Numbered from the stretch's first letter, positions 1 through 11,615 are shown. The stretch is 64,000 bases of DNA from Syncephalis fuscata S228 (GCA_025786725.1 JAHLTZ010000032.1:1-64000); one strand, 5' to 3'. The notes: generated by a model not told the origin, from the sequence alone. Numbers and translations: made by a program.

Positions 1-1651
1 AATTTTGACAACATTATTTGGTAAGCGTACGAATCAAACTTAGAAAATCAAGACATTAAATTCGACAAATTTATTAAAATGGTTACTAGTTGCAAAGACC
101 TAATAAATTGCCTATTTAAACATTTTAACACTGCATCAAAAAGGGACCGCTGGATCAATCAATGCTGCTTAATAGTAGTATAAATATACTTATCAGATGT
201 CTCATTGGCATGGTAGATTGGTATAAAAATTTGTGTTTGATGGTAGTACTTTGATAAAAACATCGAATATTTTAGTCCGACTGTTTTATTAGTTGTTTGT
301 ACACATTTTGTTACACCAGAAATGCGCGATTAATGGAACTGAAAATATAGTTAATGTCGACTACAAGAAAGCAAAGTTGCCAGTTTTACTAATCGTTTTT
401 GTAGTTGGCATTAGATCTATTTTTGAATGTCTATAATTTTAAATAATAAATTTAGACAAATAATATTTTATTTAACATAAAAATGACTAGACGTGTGGAG
501 ATAAGTGTGGGTGAATTTACTATAAAATTGTTATATATGTTAATACTAATCAATAAAATAGTAAATGTATACATGGCAGCTGCTCTCAAAATATCTGTTA
601 ATAAAGAAAGCAAGTTGATCAGTTATATTATTAGCTAGCCATATTTAGTTATAGTGCGCATACGATCCATTATTTAATTGTATTAAGACGATTTTGTACA
701 TTAACGACAAGTATCTTAATAATGTGTCCACCATAGCACATCATTATTACTAATAAAGCTATGTAAAGGTTACATGCAAAAGTCATAAAAATATGTTATG
801 CCATTAATATGTCTAAAATAACTTAAAATTAGTACTTATTGACGCAGCATAATAGTTTTACAATGTACCGATTAAATATACTTTATTTATTTAGTACAAA
901 ATAATTATTACACAGGCTATTAAGCTATTATCTAAATTATAGCAATATGTATTACCAACTGTAACAATTTTGGCACTTAATACTAGTTACATTAAACTGC
1001 CGTTATTATCTTAAGAAGTGTACTAGTATATGAATAAATTAATATTAGTTAAATAAAACATTGTATTTCATTCAGACTATTTTTAGACTAAATATTTATT
1101 TTAAAAGTATTTATTGTTTAAATTATAATTGTATATTTAATTAATACAACCTGAACTATACTTAATCGAACTTCACATTTTTCTAGCTATTGTTGTTGTG
1201 CTCATCACACACACAATTATTAGCTGGAAATGCTTAAACAAGTTTAAATCAATCATAAGAACAGCTAAATTAACACTGCCATATAAGTTTATATATGACT
1301 GCTGCACGAATACTCATATGGACCTTAAAAAACAAATCATTATCGTTGCTGCACTCAATAGCTAATTAGTATATATGCTGCGTTTAAATTTATATTACAC
1401 CATCATCAGTGTTATGCTACAATGGACACGTTACTGAGGTGCTTGTAGGTAGTTTGCGATATTGTTATAATACAATCAAATAATCGGTTATGCTATCATT
1501 ATAACTAGCCATTCTTATACCATATAACTTTACAATATGCGCTGCTTTACTTTCTTTCACTCGTTTTCTTGCATTAATGTGCACGCTTTGCAACTTCAGC
1601 GCCTCTGCAGCCAATACATCACGTGCTCTGTGGATTAAAAAGAAGCAAAAT

Positions 1652-1723
1652 GGGTCTGACCGGGGATTGAACCCGGGACCTCTCCCACCCTAAGGGAAAA
1701 TCATACCACTAGACCATCAGACC
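1652..1723 (-). tRNA. tRNA-Pro (anticodon AGG), intronless
   Basis: Reverse complement GGTCTGATGGTCTAGTGGTATGATTTTCCCTTAGGGTGGGAGAGGTCCCGGGTTCAATCCCCGGTCAGACCC: 72 nt, acceptor stem GGTCTGA/TCAGACC, A-box, T-loop GGTTCAATCC, anticodon loop TT-AGG-GT. Confidence 0.96.
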
Positions 1724-3667
1724 AGCATTAGAAATCACTATGCCAAAAGAATCTGCGGAAATTGATAATATCATTCAAAGTCAAATTTTAAAAAGTTATT
1801 ACGTAAATTTCTTTTAATTATCTAACTATATTCTTATTTATGCTGGTTTAGAATTCGTTTTTGTATAAAAAGGCAGCCATAAATATAAAAAATACGCATA
1901 TTTTTGTTGAATAACAATCAGTATTATATTGTAATTGTTAGTATGATTTTTTTTAGCTACACTCAAACACCATTAAGTTATTATTTACTATTGGATTAGA
2001 CAATGATAATGAATACAATTTGAAAGAATATAAATATACTATATATATATTGTTTAATTAATATGATATAATGCATCATTATTAGCAATATATTGTCTAT
2101 AAATATGCTAGTAATTAAATTAATAGCTATACACTTGTCATAAAGCATGCCAAGTATTATATATTAATAGCTGTTAGAAGTAATTTTACTATATACAACA
2201 CATAGCTTTATAGATTAAAGCCGAGTAATAATTAACCTAACACACACATATATATATATTACATCCTGTCTAGCATCCATGCTTGAGCCAATGTGTTACT
2301 ATCAAGATATAGTCATGCAAAGTCAATCAATTGTTAAAAACAGAACCTGTATTGGGTATTTATGTCGCTGTGTTAAATAAGTAGTTTGTTTTTACAATCA
2401 GGCTAAGATGTCAAATCAAGGGGGCATATAAACCAGCCATTATATCTTTATAAACTAAAATTGCTTTTAGCTTATGCGCAGCAGTACATACATGTAAAAA
2501 AGTACAAGGCCACTGTGTTAATACTACTTTTGCATTAGTATTATGCGTTAATTAAAAATTTAAAATAAAATTATCTATTGGCTATAATAAACGCTATAAT
2601 TAGTCGTGGATTGGAAATAATACAATTTGGCATCTAAGCTAATTTCGCCTTCATACAAAAGTTCTATCGAAATTTATTTAATATCAATATGTTATTCAGT
2701 GAGTCATATGCTGGTTGGGATGCATGCAAATATTGAAAATTGGATTTATTGGTAAAAACACAAGTAAAAGCACATCGATACAGCATTTCTGTTGTAAAGC
2801 TGATACATCTACTTACAATATATGATCAAATTATTTATTAGCCCAATAAAAATTAGTGTATGAATCTTTACATCTATGCACTGAATTATTGAAACCGCTG
2901 CGTCATTTGGATAAATGCCGAGCCAATTGAATCAGAGGTTGGCGGCATATTAGTGCGCCACTGATACATTGGTATACGCGTGATTCAAACCATCATGTGG
3001 ATGCACATTTACAAATGACCATTGCATGCATAAAGCAAATATCGTAGTTATTTATACGCATGCTTTAATTTATCATGTTAATAAAATACTTTGTTTTATG
3101 CTATGCCCTGCTGATATGCTCTGTACAATGCAGCGTGATTGGTGCCTCATGATCATAAATATAAACAGTTTATGCAATACAGACAAGTAATTACTGCTAT
3201 CATAATCATGATATTTTCTGCAAATAAGTACTACTATTATGCAAATAATAGCATATATGGAATGCACGCGGCCGATGACGACGGTCATGATTAGATCATT
3301 CGGTGAATAAGTGGTTACCCGCTATAACAGCATAGTATATTTTTAATAACTATATCCTGTTTATTACTGCTCACATGAATATTATATGAGTATTAGGTGT
3401 CTATATACGACACTTCATATAGTATTGCTTCATTTCCTTTTTTTTAGTTTTAATATATATTGAACGATATACACAGTCAGATAATAAAAAATCTATTCAC
3501 AATTTATTCTCGTTTAACCAACGTTCTAAAAGCTATTGTATTTTCTCAAGTGTATTCAAAATCTTATTTTATTTTAAATCTGCCAAACAATCGTAACACT
3601 ATCACCTACTTTGTATCAATCACGCACCATTCTTTATTCTATTTGATTGTTTCAACAAATCAACAAA

Positions 3668-3713
3668 TCAACATCAACATCAACAACATCATCATCATCA
3701 TCATCATCATCAT
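3668..3713 (+). repeat. (CAA/CAT)n trinucleotide microsatellite in the 5' UTR, ending at the ATG
   Basis: caacatcaacatcaacaacatcatcatcatcatcatcatcatcATG seen directly. Confidence 0.85.
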
Positions 3714-5183
3714 GAAACTTTCTATTTCTGTCTTCTTCATATTTTTTATGGTTCTAGTAGCCAGTATAGCTATGGTAAATGCCAAGCCAACTCAAATCTG
3801 TTGCGGTGTGTTCTAATTATAATAAACGTGCAAATTGGTTTACGTACTAGCATTATGGTTAACCAGTGATGGTATTAGATGGTAAGTAGTGAGTATGAAT
3901 TATTGTTTCAATGCTTAATGTAGCTGCTATGTACATGATGCATGTGGTAAATGAGTGGTAAGTCTTGATTATATATAGATACTAAAATACTAAATAATAT
4001 CTGCTATTAGTGTAAATAGTTGAAACAGCACTATTAGTTAAGAGTAACTTTAAAATAAAACAATAAAGAAATGCTATATTGCCAATACTAATATTGTAAA
4101 TTTATATCAATAGGAGGTAAATTACAATGGAAATACTTGATTAGTTGTCTGATCGAATAATATTTGTCTTACTAAAATAACCACAGGAAACAGTAAGTGC
4201 TATTACATACTGATTAACTATGCTTTAAACATATGCAATACACCGTGTTGCTTTAATAACTTACGTTATTAAAATGTAAGTGGCATTGTATGCTAATAAT
4301 CTATGCACTAAATATATACCATACACTATATGTGCTCAACAATCCAATGTTAATAGATTGTAAGTGGTCTTGTATACTATATAGGCATGTACTAAACATA
4401 TCACATGCACTGTGTGTGCTTAATAACGTGCATCAATAGATAGTAAGTGGTGCTGTATGTCAATTTATTATGCACTAAGCGTATGCAATTCATTGTACGT
4501 GTTGAATGACTAAATAGTAGTTAGTAAGTGGTATTTTATATTACTTGGCTAAATAATAAACATATATCATACACTGTGTGGCTTTAATAGCTTGAATTGA
4601 TAGATGGTAAGCAGTATCGAGTATTAATTAGACATATGCTAATTATATATCATACGTTATATGTGCTCAACAATATAATATTATTAGCTAGTAAGTAAAA
4701 TCATATACTAGTCAACTATGTACTAAAAATGGCATAAACACTGTGTGTTCTTAATAACATGCATTAGTGGTCGGTAAGTGGTATTATATATTAACCGAAT
4801 ATGCACTAAGTGTACGGTATGCAATGTGTGTGCTGCATAATTTATATTAATAGATAGTAAGTGGTATTGCACATTAATTGACTAAGTACTAAACATATTA
4901 CATATATTGTGCTCCTTCAATAAGTTGGATTGATAGCTAGTAAGTAAAATTTATATTAACTGCTATATGTTAAATATTTATCATGCGTCGTGTGTATTTA
5001 ACGACTTGCATTAACAGAAGGCAAGTAGCAATGTATATCAATTAACTATGTATTAATATATCCTATGAATTGTGTATGTTTTTTTAATAACCTGGATTGA
5101 TAGTTGGTAAGTATAATTATTTGATTTTAACTTATACATTAATTATGCGGTATAAATGTTGTATATTTATAAACACAGAATAG
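3712..5183 (+). CDS. Candidate micro-exon gene encoding a small secreted prepropeptide (signal peptide, pro-region ending KR, variable micro-exon-encoded tail)
   Basis: Exon 1 3712-3805 encodes MKLSISVFFIFFMVLVASIAMVNA-KPTQICC (signal peptide; donor GTGTGT at 3806). AG/GT-bounded exons follow at 3879-81, 4020-43, 4114-16, 4187-92, 4357-59, 4440-42, 4521-23, 4604-06, 4688-90, 4768-73, 4854-56, 4937-39, 5018-20 (GC donor) and 5104-06, with a terminal exon from 5179. Full inclusion reads ...KPTQICCDVETALLVKRGNNYINAMVDTKVE*. The unspliced reading stops at 3816 (KPTQICCGVF*). The splice model is inferred; there are no transcript data. Confidence 0.55.
4193..5178 (+). repeat. Degenerate tandem array of 12 units of ~83 bp, each shaped as intron plus micro-exon
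   Basis: Donor-like hexamers at 4193, 4276, 4360, 4443, 4524, 4607, 4691, 4774, 4857, 4940, 5021 and 5107 (spacing 81-86 nt). Shared interior approximately GTAAGTGGTATT..ATGYACTAAACATAT..ACACTGTGTGTGCTTAATAAC..ATTAATAG. Confidence 0.9.
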
Positions 5184-5918
5184 CCGGCGTTTTCAAGGCA
5201 TTAGCATTAGTAGTATAGTTGAAACGCTAGTTCATACACTTTATGTATATATCCGACGGTATCAAAATCATTTAACAGCTGCCGTCTATTTCATTTACAC
5301 ACCAAGTCTAATCTAATATCTTAATTTATTCCATCCTTAACTGATGGTTTAATTATATTGTCAACAAGTCTGCATTTTTTGCATATGCACAGCTATGCAA
5401 TTTATAGTAATACATATGTGGTTCCATCTTGAATATATCTGACTAAACTTTTGCACTTATGCTTATATTTTATTTGATTCTAGCAATTAGCAAATATTAA
5501 TCAAAGAGCTATAGTGAAATCGGGCTTGTACAATGTTGTATTAGTGAGCAATATAAAACAAAATAACCGTAATGGCGTTGCCATCAAAATAGTAGTTTAG
5601 AATGTAAGTGTTGTTGCAACACATGCTAGCATTGTAGCCGATTATTTATTTACAACTATAATATGAATGATAATAAACTGCTGCTAATATGTAGTCATTA
5701 TACTAGTATATCGGTTTGGTATAGTAATGGCTGTCGGCTATTATTTAACGTACTAAATACATAACGAAAGCTTGTAAATTTCAAAAATAAAAATAAAATA
5801 TAAAACTGTGTTTCTATTACTATTATCAGAGAATAGAGAAATAAATATAGTCGAAGGTCAGTAGCGCAACATTCATCACCACTGCTTGCATTCCCAGTTC
5901 ACTTCTTCAGTTTCCGTC

Positions 5919-6482
5919 ATGCCCAAGATTGTTTCTCGTGGAGTCATTTCCACTTCAGATCAGGTGGACAGCGTAGAAAGACCACCGCTGCACACATATT
6001 ATTGTATATGCGGGGAATTTGCACTTATTAGCGGTAAGCAAAACAATCGGCGGTATACAACTATAATAGCCAATGACTTATTGGAATGCGTGTCGTTTTG
6101 TAGATGTTCAAATAGAGCTTTTACCAAAACGTCAATCAGACTTGGCCAGTATTCTAGCATGCGAACGACGTACATTTCGATTACACGCAAAAGATGGCGA
6201 AGCGCTTATACTGCAGCGGTAAGTATTGAGTGGCAGCACATTAGATAGTTTGGCGCATATGTTTAATTTAATAATTATGGAATTAGTGGCGAGAACAGTT
6301 ACGAAAAGCAATTCCGTAAATACTGTACACGCTGTAATTTATGGCTAGCTTACCAGGTGCCTGTCAAACCAGACAACGATCGACCACTAAACTATCTTTA
6401 CATTGTAGATGGCGCTTTAATTGGTGACTCGAATGAGTCCAATAACAATAGTACGACCGCGCATATGAATATAGATCAATAA
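5919..6482 (+). CDS. STEEP1/CXorf56 (UPF0428)-like protein, 3 exons
   Basis: MPKIVSR...LHTYYCICGEFALISDVQIELLPKRQSD...YEKQFRKYCTRCNLWLAYQ...YIVDGAL; matches the family Cys-pair pattern; first intron 6034-6103. Confidence 0.8.
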
Positions 6483-6771
6483 AGCAATAAAAACATAATT
6501 TGTAATTAAATTAAACACACGTATATATAATGGTTACAAATAAGTGAGCACATATAACAGTATTAGCCATAATCAAATGTACAATTACAACAAAAAAAAC
6601 ATAGAAATAGGCAACAATCATCGGTAGAACCGATGTTTATTTACGAGCAATTGTGTTCGTGCCCGTCACCGCAAAAAGGACTCAACCAACAACAACAATA
6701 ACATGCACCCATAGGCGGAGGATAAAGGAACATGCAGTATGTAATGATCATGAATGGTTGTTGATAACAGC

Positions 6772-7976
6772 TTATTTCTTGGACTTGATCTTCTTGAGGT
6801 AGAAGTCGAGTTCCTTACCCTCAAGAATGTAGCCATCGGCGCGACCGCACTGACCTGGGCGAGATGAGATGAGGGCTAAATTATCATAAGTACGTCAATA
6901 CAACTGTAATTATTGCATGTAATTGAATAGTTCAATTGTATCGGTACTTACCATACAAGCGACCAGTGTTGAATTGATCAGCAACAGATTGCTCAACCTT
7001 GGCGTTAGCCTGGCGAGACTTAATCTTGCGCTGGTTGTGCTCTGAACGCTTCTTGGTCAATGAGTCCTCGGCCTCGTTAGCCTCAGCCTCAGCCTATTGT
7101 ATGCCATTAATAGTATTGGTTAGTTAATCGATCAATCAACAATAGTAACGTGTTATTTCGTTCATGCAATAATAACTTACCTCATCACCCTTGGTCTTCT
7201 TGCGACCGAGTGGCTGAGCGTAGTGAGACTCATACCATTGACGGAATGGCGTGGCGTCAATCTGAACGACGGCGCTCTTCACGAGGGTGTTAGTACGGAC
7301 CAATTCGTTGTTAGAGGCGTTGTAAACAACAGCTACCAAACGGGTCTTGCGAGTGATGGCCTCGCTACCCCATGCAAAGTTGCCGGTATCAAGACGCATG
7401 GCACGGAACTTCATGTTGCCACCGCGAGCGCGAACTTCATGCACACGCTTTGGGCCGAGCTTAGTGCTGGCTGGTTGACGGCCAAGCTCGAACTTCCTCT
7501 TCTTGCGGTAGTGGGCACGTTTCGCACCCGTGTGCGAACGTTTATGGCGGGAGTCGCGGCTAATACCTGTAGAATGACAACAATGGCAACAGTAGATGTC
7601 ATAAACGCGTACAAATATAATAGCGTTAGTTAAAAGGTTTATACTAATCGTTAGACACTCTGTCTTTTAATTCCAATGAGGCTGAATCGCATTTACAATC
7701 GCGTCAGCCGCCATAGCAATAGCACAGTAGCAATGCTAATACAGCAACAATGATACTAAATACAATATAGTGTAGCAGTATAGAATTAATCTACAGTGGC
7801 GATCGCTAAAATATTATAGTCTTTGTTACTGTATGCATATTCTGTCTATATCATTCTGTCTATTCATTATGCATCCATCCATCCATGCATGGATCTATCC
7901 ATCCATCCATTACTAATGATGGAGTATATATCATAGCCAACGCCGTCTATCTGTATATCTGTTGTTACGCACCCAT
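6772..7976 (-). CDS. RPS8: 40S ribosomal protein S8 (eS8), 4 exons
   Basis: MG|[16 protein letters not shown]...[24 protein letters not shown]...[30 protein letters not shown]; exon 1 is ATGG, followed by a 406-nt first intron. Confidence 0.97.
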
Positions 7977-8308
7977 GATTCCTAAGTAGTGGACGGCACT
8001 CGAACGTACGTTAACAAGAACGTTTCTCAAGTGGCGGATGGAAGAGGAGGAGGCCAGTAACCGGTGCCGAGTGGCCTACCCACGAAAGTGGCATCCAAGT
8101 TCAGATTCAGCCATAATCGTAATTTACTCGACCCAATCTGGATTCTTTCTTACACAATAAAAAAGAAGAAAACTCCTCCAGCAGCCGAAGAATACGCAAA
8201 AAGTATTTGCTTTACCTTTCAGATTACTTGTTGGTAAGCTTACGCTTTTGAATTGCTGTTTTTGTTCCACCGTTGTCCATTAAGGCCACATTCACGAACA
8301 ATTCTATT

Positions 8309-9350
8309 ATGGCAAGCGTAAACAAACCGATGTACAGCCGGTGGGTCACGAAGGCAAGCCAACGCTAGCAGTTGGTTTGGCCGTAGAAGAGACGGGTGCG
8401 GCAGCAAGAGCTGACGCGACGTCAAAGCAACAAAAGCGCCATAAAAACACTGGAACTAATACGGAATTCAAACGTATTACGGTGCGTATTAATGTAACGC
8501 TACCGCCATGCTACGTGGCCAATCCACTGGTTGGTGTACAAGAGCAGCTTAATCGATTTGTACTGCGGTAAGCATAATCGATCGCGTATTTTACTGGACT
8601 GTTTTTACTTATACAACTTGTTGTTGTTCCAGATACATGTCCGAGGTCGATGGCGTGGTACTGGCCTATGGACCCATTCAGTTTCTACAGCGTAATGCGC
8701 GTATAATGTATGATTCGCCATTTTCGCATTTTTTCATCTCAACTACTCTACTTGTGTGGCGACCAAGCATTGGCATGATATTAGGTAAAATGTCTATAGT
8801 TTACATTTTTATTATTGCTAATATTAATCATAAATAGCTGGCACTATTAATTTGCAATCACGCGATCATATCGGCGTTCTATTACACGGTACATTTAACG
8901 CATCGATTCCAAGCGATCTTATTCCCAAGGATCGCTATCGATGGAAGGACCGTCCAAAACACGAAATAGAGAGCGCAGACGATTCATCAACAGCCCATGG
9001 CCAATGGATATCACGCGATAATAATGAGCCTTTAGGAGGAAGTACAGGCCAAATTAACTTTTCGGTAGCTGAGTAAGTATGCGTATATATATATATATAT
9101 ATATATAGCATCAATGAACAATAGCTAATAATCAAAATGTAATAGTATCATTACGGCCAATGCTATGCTAACCATTGTTGGCACATTGTTGGATCGAATG
9201 GACGAGGTAGAGGCGGATGCTGAAGCTAATGCTAGCATGCTTGGACATACAATCGACAATAGAGCGATGGCTATAGCATCGTCTAATGAAGCATCTGCGG
9301 TAGAAAAGAAGAAAAAGAAGAAAAAGAAGCACGATAAAGAAACAGTTTAA
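8309..9350 (+). CDS. RPA43: RNA polymerase I subunit A43 (RPA43-like); apparent 1-nt deletion just after the ATG
   Basis: VGVQEQLNRFVLRY..EVDGVVLAY, YDSPFSHF..LLVWRPSIG, QSRDHIGVLLHGTFNASIP and a Lys-rich tail. ATGGCAAG needs one extra G to read MGKRKQ in frame. Confidence 0.82.
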
Positions 9351-9609
9351 TAAGCTATTATTACTAAACAAAAAAGCATCTACGGATGCGTACATTTAGC
9401 GCTTTTCATTTTGGTAAATCATAATTACAAATCTTTGAATTAAAATATATTTAATAGTTCAAGTGTGCCAATACTATTGATTGATCATCGTATTACCGTC
9501 TACACGAAATCTTGTTGCCTAATATTTACTTTCTAATGAAACAATAACAGTTGTCTATTACAGCCATTGCTATAGTATTTATATCGCTATTATGTCACGT
9601 CTACTATGA

Positions 9610-10198
9610 TCAATTGTTCCATAGGCGTCGATACTAGATTGCCGATTAGTAACACATCTATTTATCATGTAATATCATTGTACTTACGCGTATAAACTGA
9701 CCCAGATAAGGCCGAGCACATGCCAATATCAATAGTCCGATAGTGATGACAAGAAATAGATAAACAATGAATTCATCTTTGTATGAGTCGCGTTCTGTAA
9801 TAGCGTTGTTAGTTTTGTATTTCGTATCAATGCAGACTACATACGGAAACAAAAAGCAGTTAAATCGTCGTTGGCGCCGGCACCTGAACAAAAGTCCTTC
9901 TGTGTTAGCAGGCAAAATGTTTTCGTACACTGAAAACAATCTTCCGCAGTATTTGGTTTGTTGCCGTCTTTAGGAGTCAACTCGATAATGGTGACGTTTT
10001 GTCCACAGGCACATTTACAAAAGGACACGGGATTGGCTGCATCTACTAGCGATGTAGTAGGAATCTAGTCTTAATAGTCAGTTGTAGGCCGATAGCTTAC
10101 ACAGCATTACTTACGTTAAATAACAAACAGGTGGCTAATACAAGATATAGGACAGTTAGCAGGTATAGCAGCCTAGACGACTGTCCACTGGATTCCAT
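9610..10198 (-). CDS. Conserved fungal small membrane protein (signal peptide, Cys-rich luminal domain, C-terminal TM helix)
   Basis: Spliced: ...SFCKCACGQNVTIIEL...CFQCTKTFC...CFQRDSYKDEFIVYLFLVITIGLLILACARPY; canonical introns. Confidence 0.7.
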
Positions 10199-10774
10199 GG
10201 GTTTTAATAGCATCGTAGCAATAATAAGCTATGTGCAATGTAATAGAGAAAGTGAGGTAAAAAGAGCGAAAGACTCTAAAAAGACAGGTGTGATTCAATA
10301 GTGAGTACTTATTAACAAAAAATGAATTATTACGTAGTTGCAATAATCGTAATAAAAGGTTGTATTTTTCTATTTTTTGAATTACTGCTATTATTACGAA
10401 TAAATTTAGCGTTGATAAGTATTAATTAAAAGTTCGAATCAACTATAACAATAACGGCATAATTAACGATACCATATGAATTATGATGAAATAGAACATT
10501 ATTAGCATTGTTATACTATTGTTACTGTTTTAATACATCTAAAAGCTAATTAGTGTATATAAAGCTGTACATTTTACTAAACAATAGTATAATATTGTAG
10601 TAGTTATACATAATAGAAAATAAAACTATACTAATGAATTGAACGGATTATTTACTGTATTAAAGTATCCAAATCAGCGTTTGATGTAGCATTTTACAAT
10701 AACATGCAGACAATCAAAGTTTAACGCAGAATAGAACGACTACTTAAAATTCAGTGGCTGAATAGAGCCGCGGC

Positions 10775-11615
10775 CTAGTTGTCGGCGCCACTTTCTGTCT
10801 GTTGAAGTTGCTGTTTGCGTCGACGCACCTCTTCACCGCGTTGGTCTTGTTCAGCAAGCTTCTTAAGCATTTGCTTTTCATGTTCCTCGCGGCGTTTATG
10901 AGCAGCTTCCAATTTGGCCTCAAGTTCGTTCGTCGACAGTCTAGAGCAAAACATTAATAATATTGTCGTAATAAATGCAATCAACTTACGAAGCATAGTC
11001 GACCTTGCTTGTAAATTCCTCTACTTTACGTAGATGTTCTTGTAGCTTGGCACGTTTCTCTTCTTCCAATGCCTATATAATAATAAATATCAAGTAGTCG
11101 CGATGAGTTAATAAGTACATTTGTTTTGTTTCAAACTGTCTCTTACCTTACGGCGCTGCTCCGCTTCGTCATGCTTCTCTTTAATTTGTTCTTGCGATCT
11201 AGTGATATGATTTTGATCAGCATAGCGCTTGTATTTTAGTGCTGAAACTTACTCGGCTAGCTTTTGGTTGAGTTGCTCGCGACGTTCCTCCACCTCTTGG
11301 GAACGCTTTTCGCATCTAAGAATATGTTCTTTTTCATATTCCTAGTTCAGCAAATTGCAATTAGAGTGATTCTTTTATTCAATATGCTAAATATTTACCT
11401 TTTTGCGTTCGGCGGCAGCATCCAATTTAGCTTTGAGTTCCTCGGCAGACACGCTATTAATTTAAATCGTTAATTAATGATGTATTAATGAGCCGGTCCA
11501 CTCACTCTTTCTTTGGCGTTTCTTCGAATAGCTTTTGGATGCGAGCCGGTGGACTGGGCAATTGCGTATCGGTGAATGGCACCTCAAAGGTAACAGGACT
11601 GGTAGGCTGGCTCAT
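10775..11615 (-). CDS. Stathmin-like coiled-coil protein, 5 exons
   Basis: Spliced MSQPTSPVTFEVPF...LPSPPARIQKLFEETPKKDVSAEELKAKLDAAAERKK...LSTNELEAKLEAAHKRREEHEKQMLKKLAE; resembles stathmin motifs [33 protein letters not shown] and LKQLAE. Confidence 0.7.

Noticed and set aside
3460-3711. N-terminal extension of the 118-aa ORF (poly-Ile)
   Set aside because: It starts at TTG and merely translates the (CAT)n UTR microsatellite; the real start is the ATG at 3712 preceding a signal peptide.
3802-3816. CaaX-type (CGVF) lipopeptide pheromone
   Set aside because: Prenylated pheromones are cytosolic precursors without signal peptides; this ORF has a signal peptide, and the motif overlaps a probable splice donor.
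4193-5178. CRISPR-like repeat-spacer array or simple satellite
   Set aside because: The context is eukaryotic with no cas genes, and whole units are homologous rather than constant repeats with unique spacers. The best-conserved positions are splice signals.
7223-7633. Antisense and alternate-frame ORFs over RPS8 (likewise over PEF, SRP68, the PH gene, LeuRS, MFS, DBP10, ANT1 and the 60-aa ORFs overlapping the peptide genes)
   Set aside because: They are shadow ORFs of real coding exons with no independent protein features.
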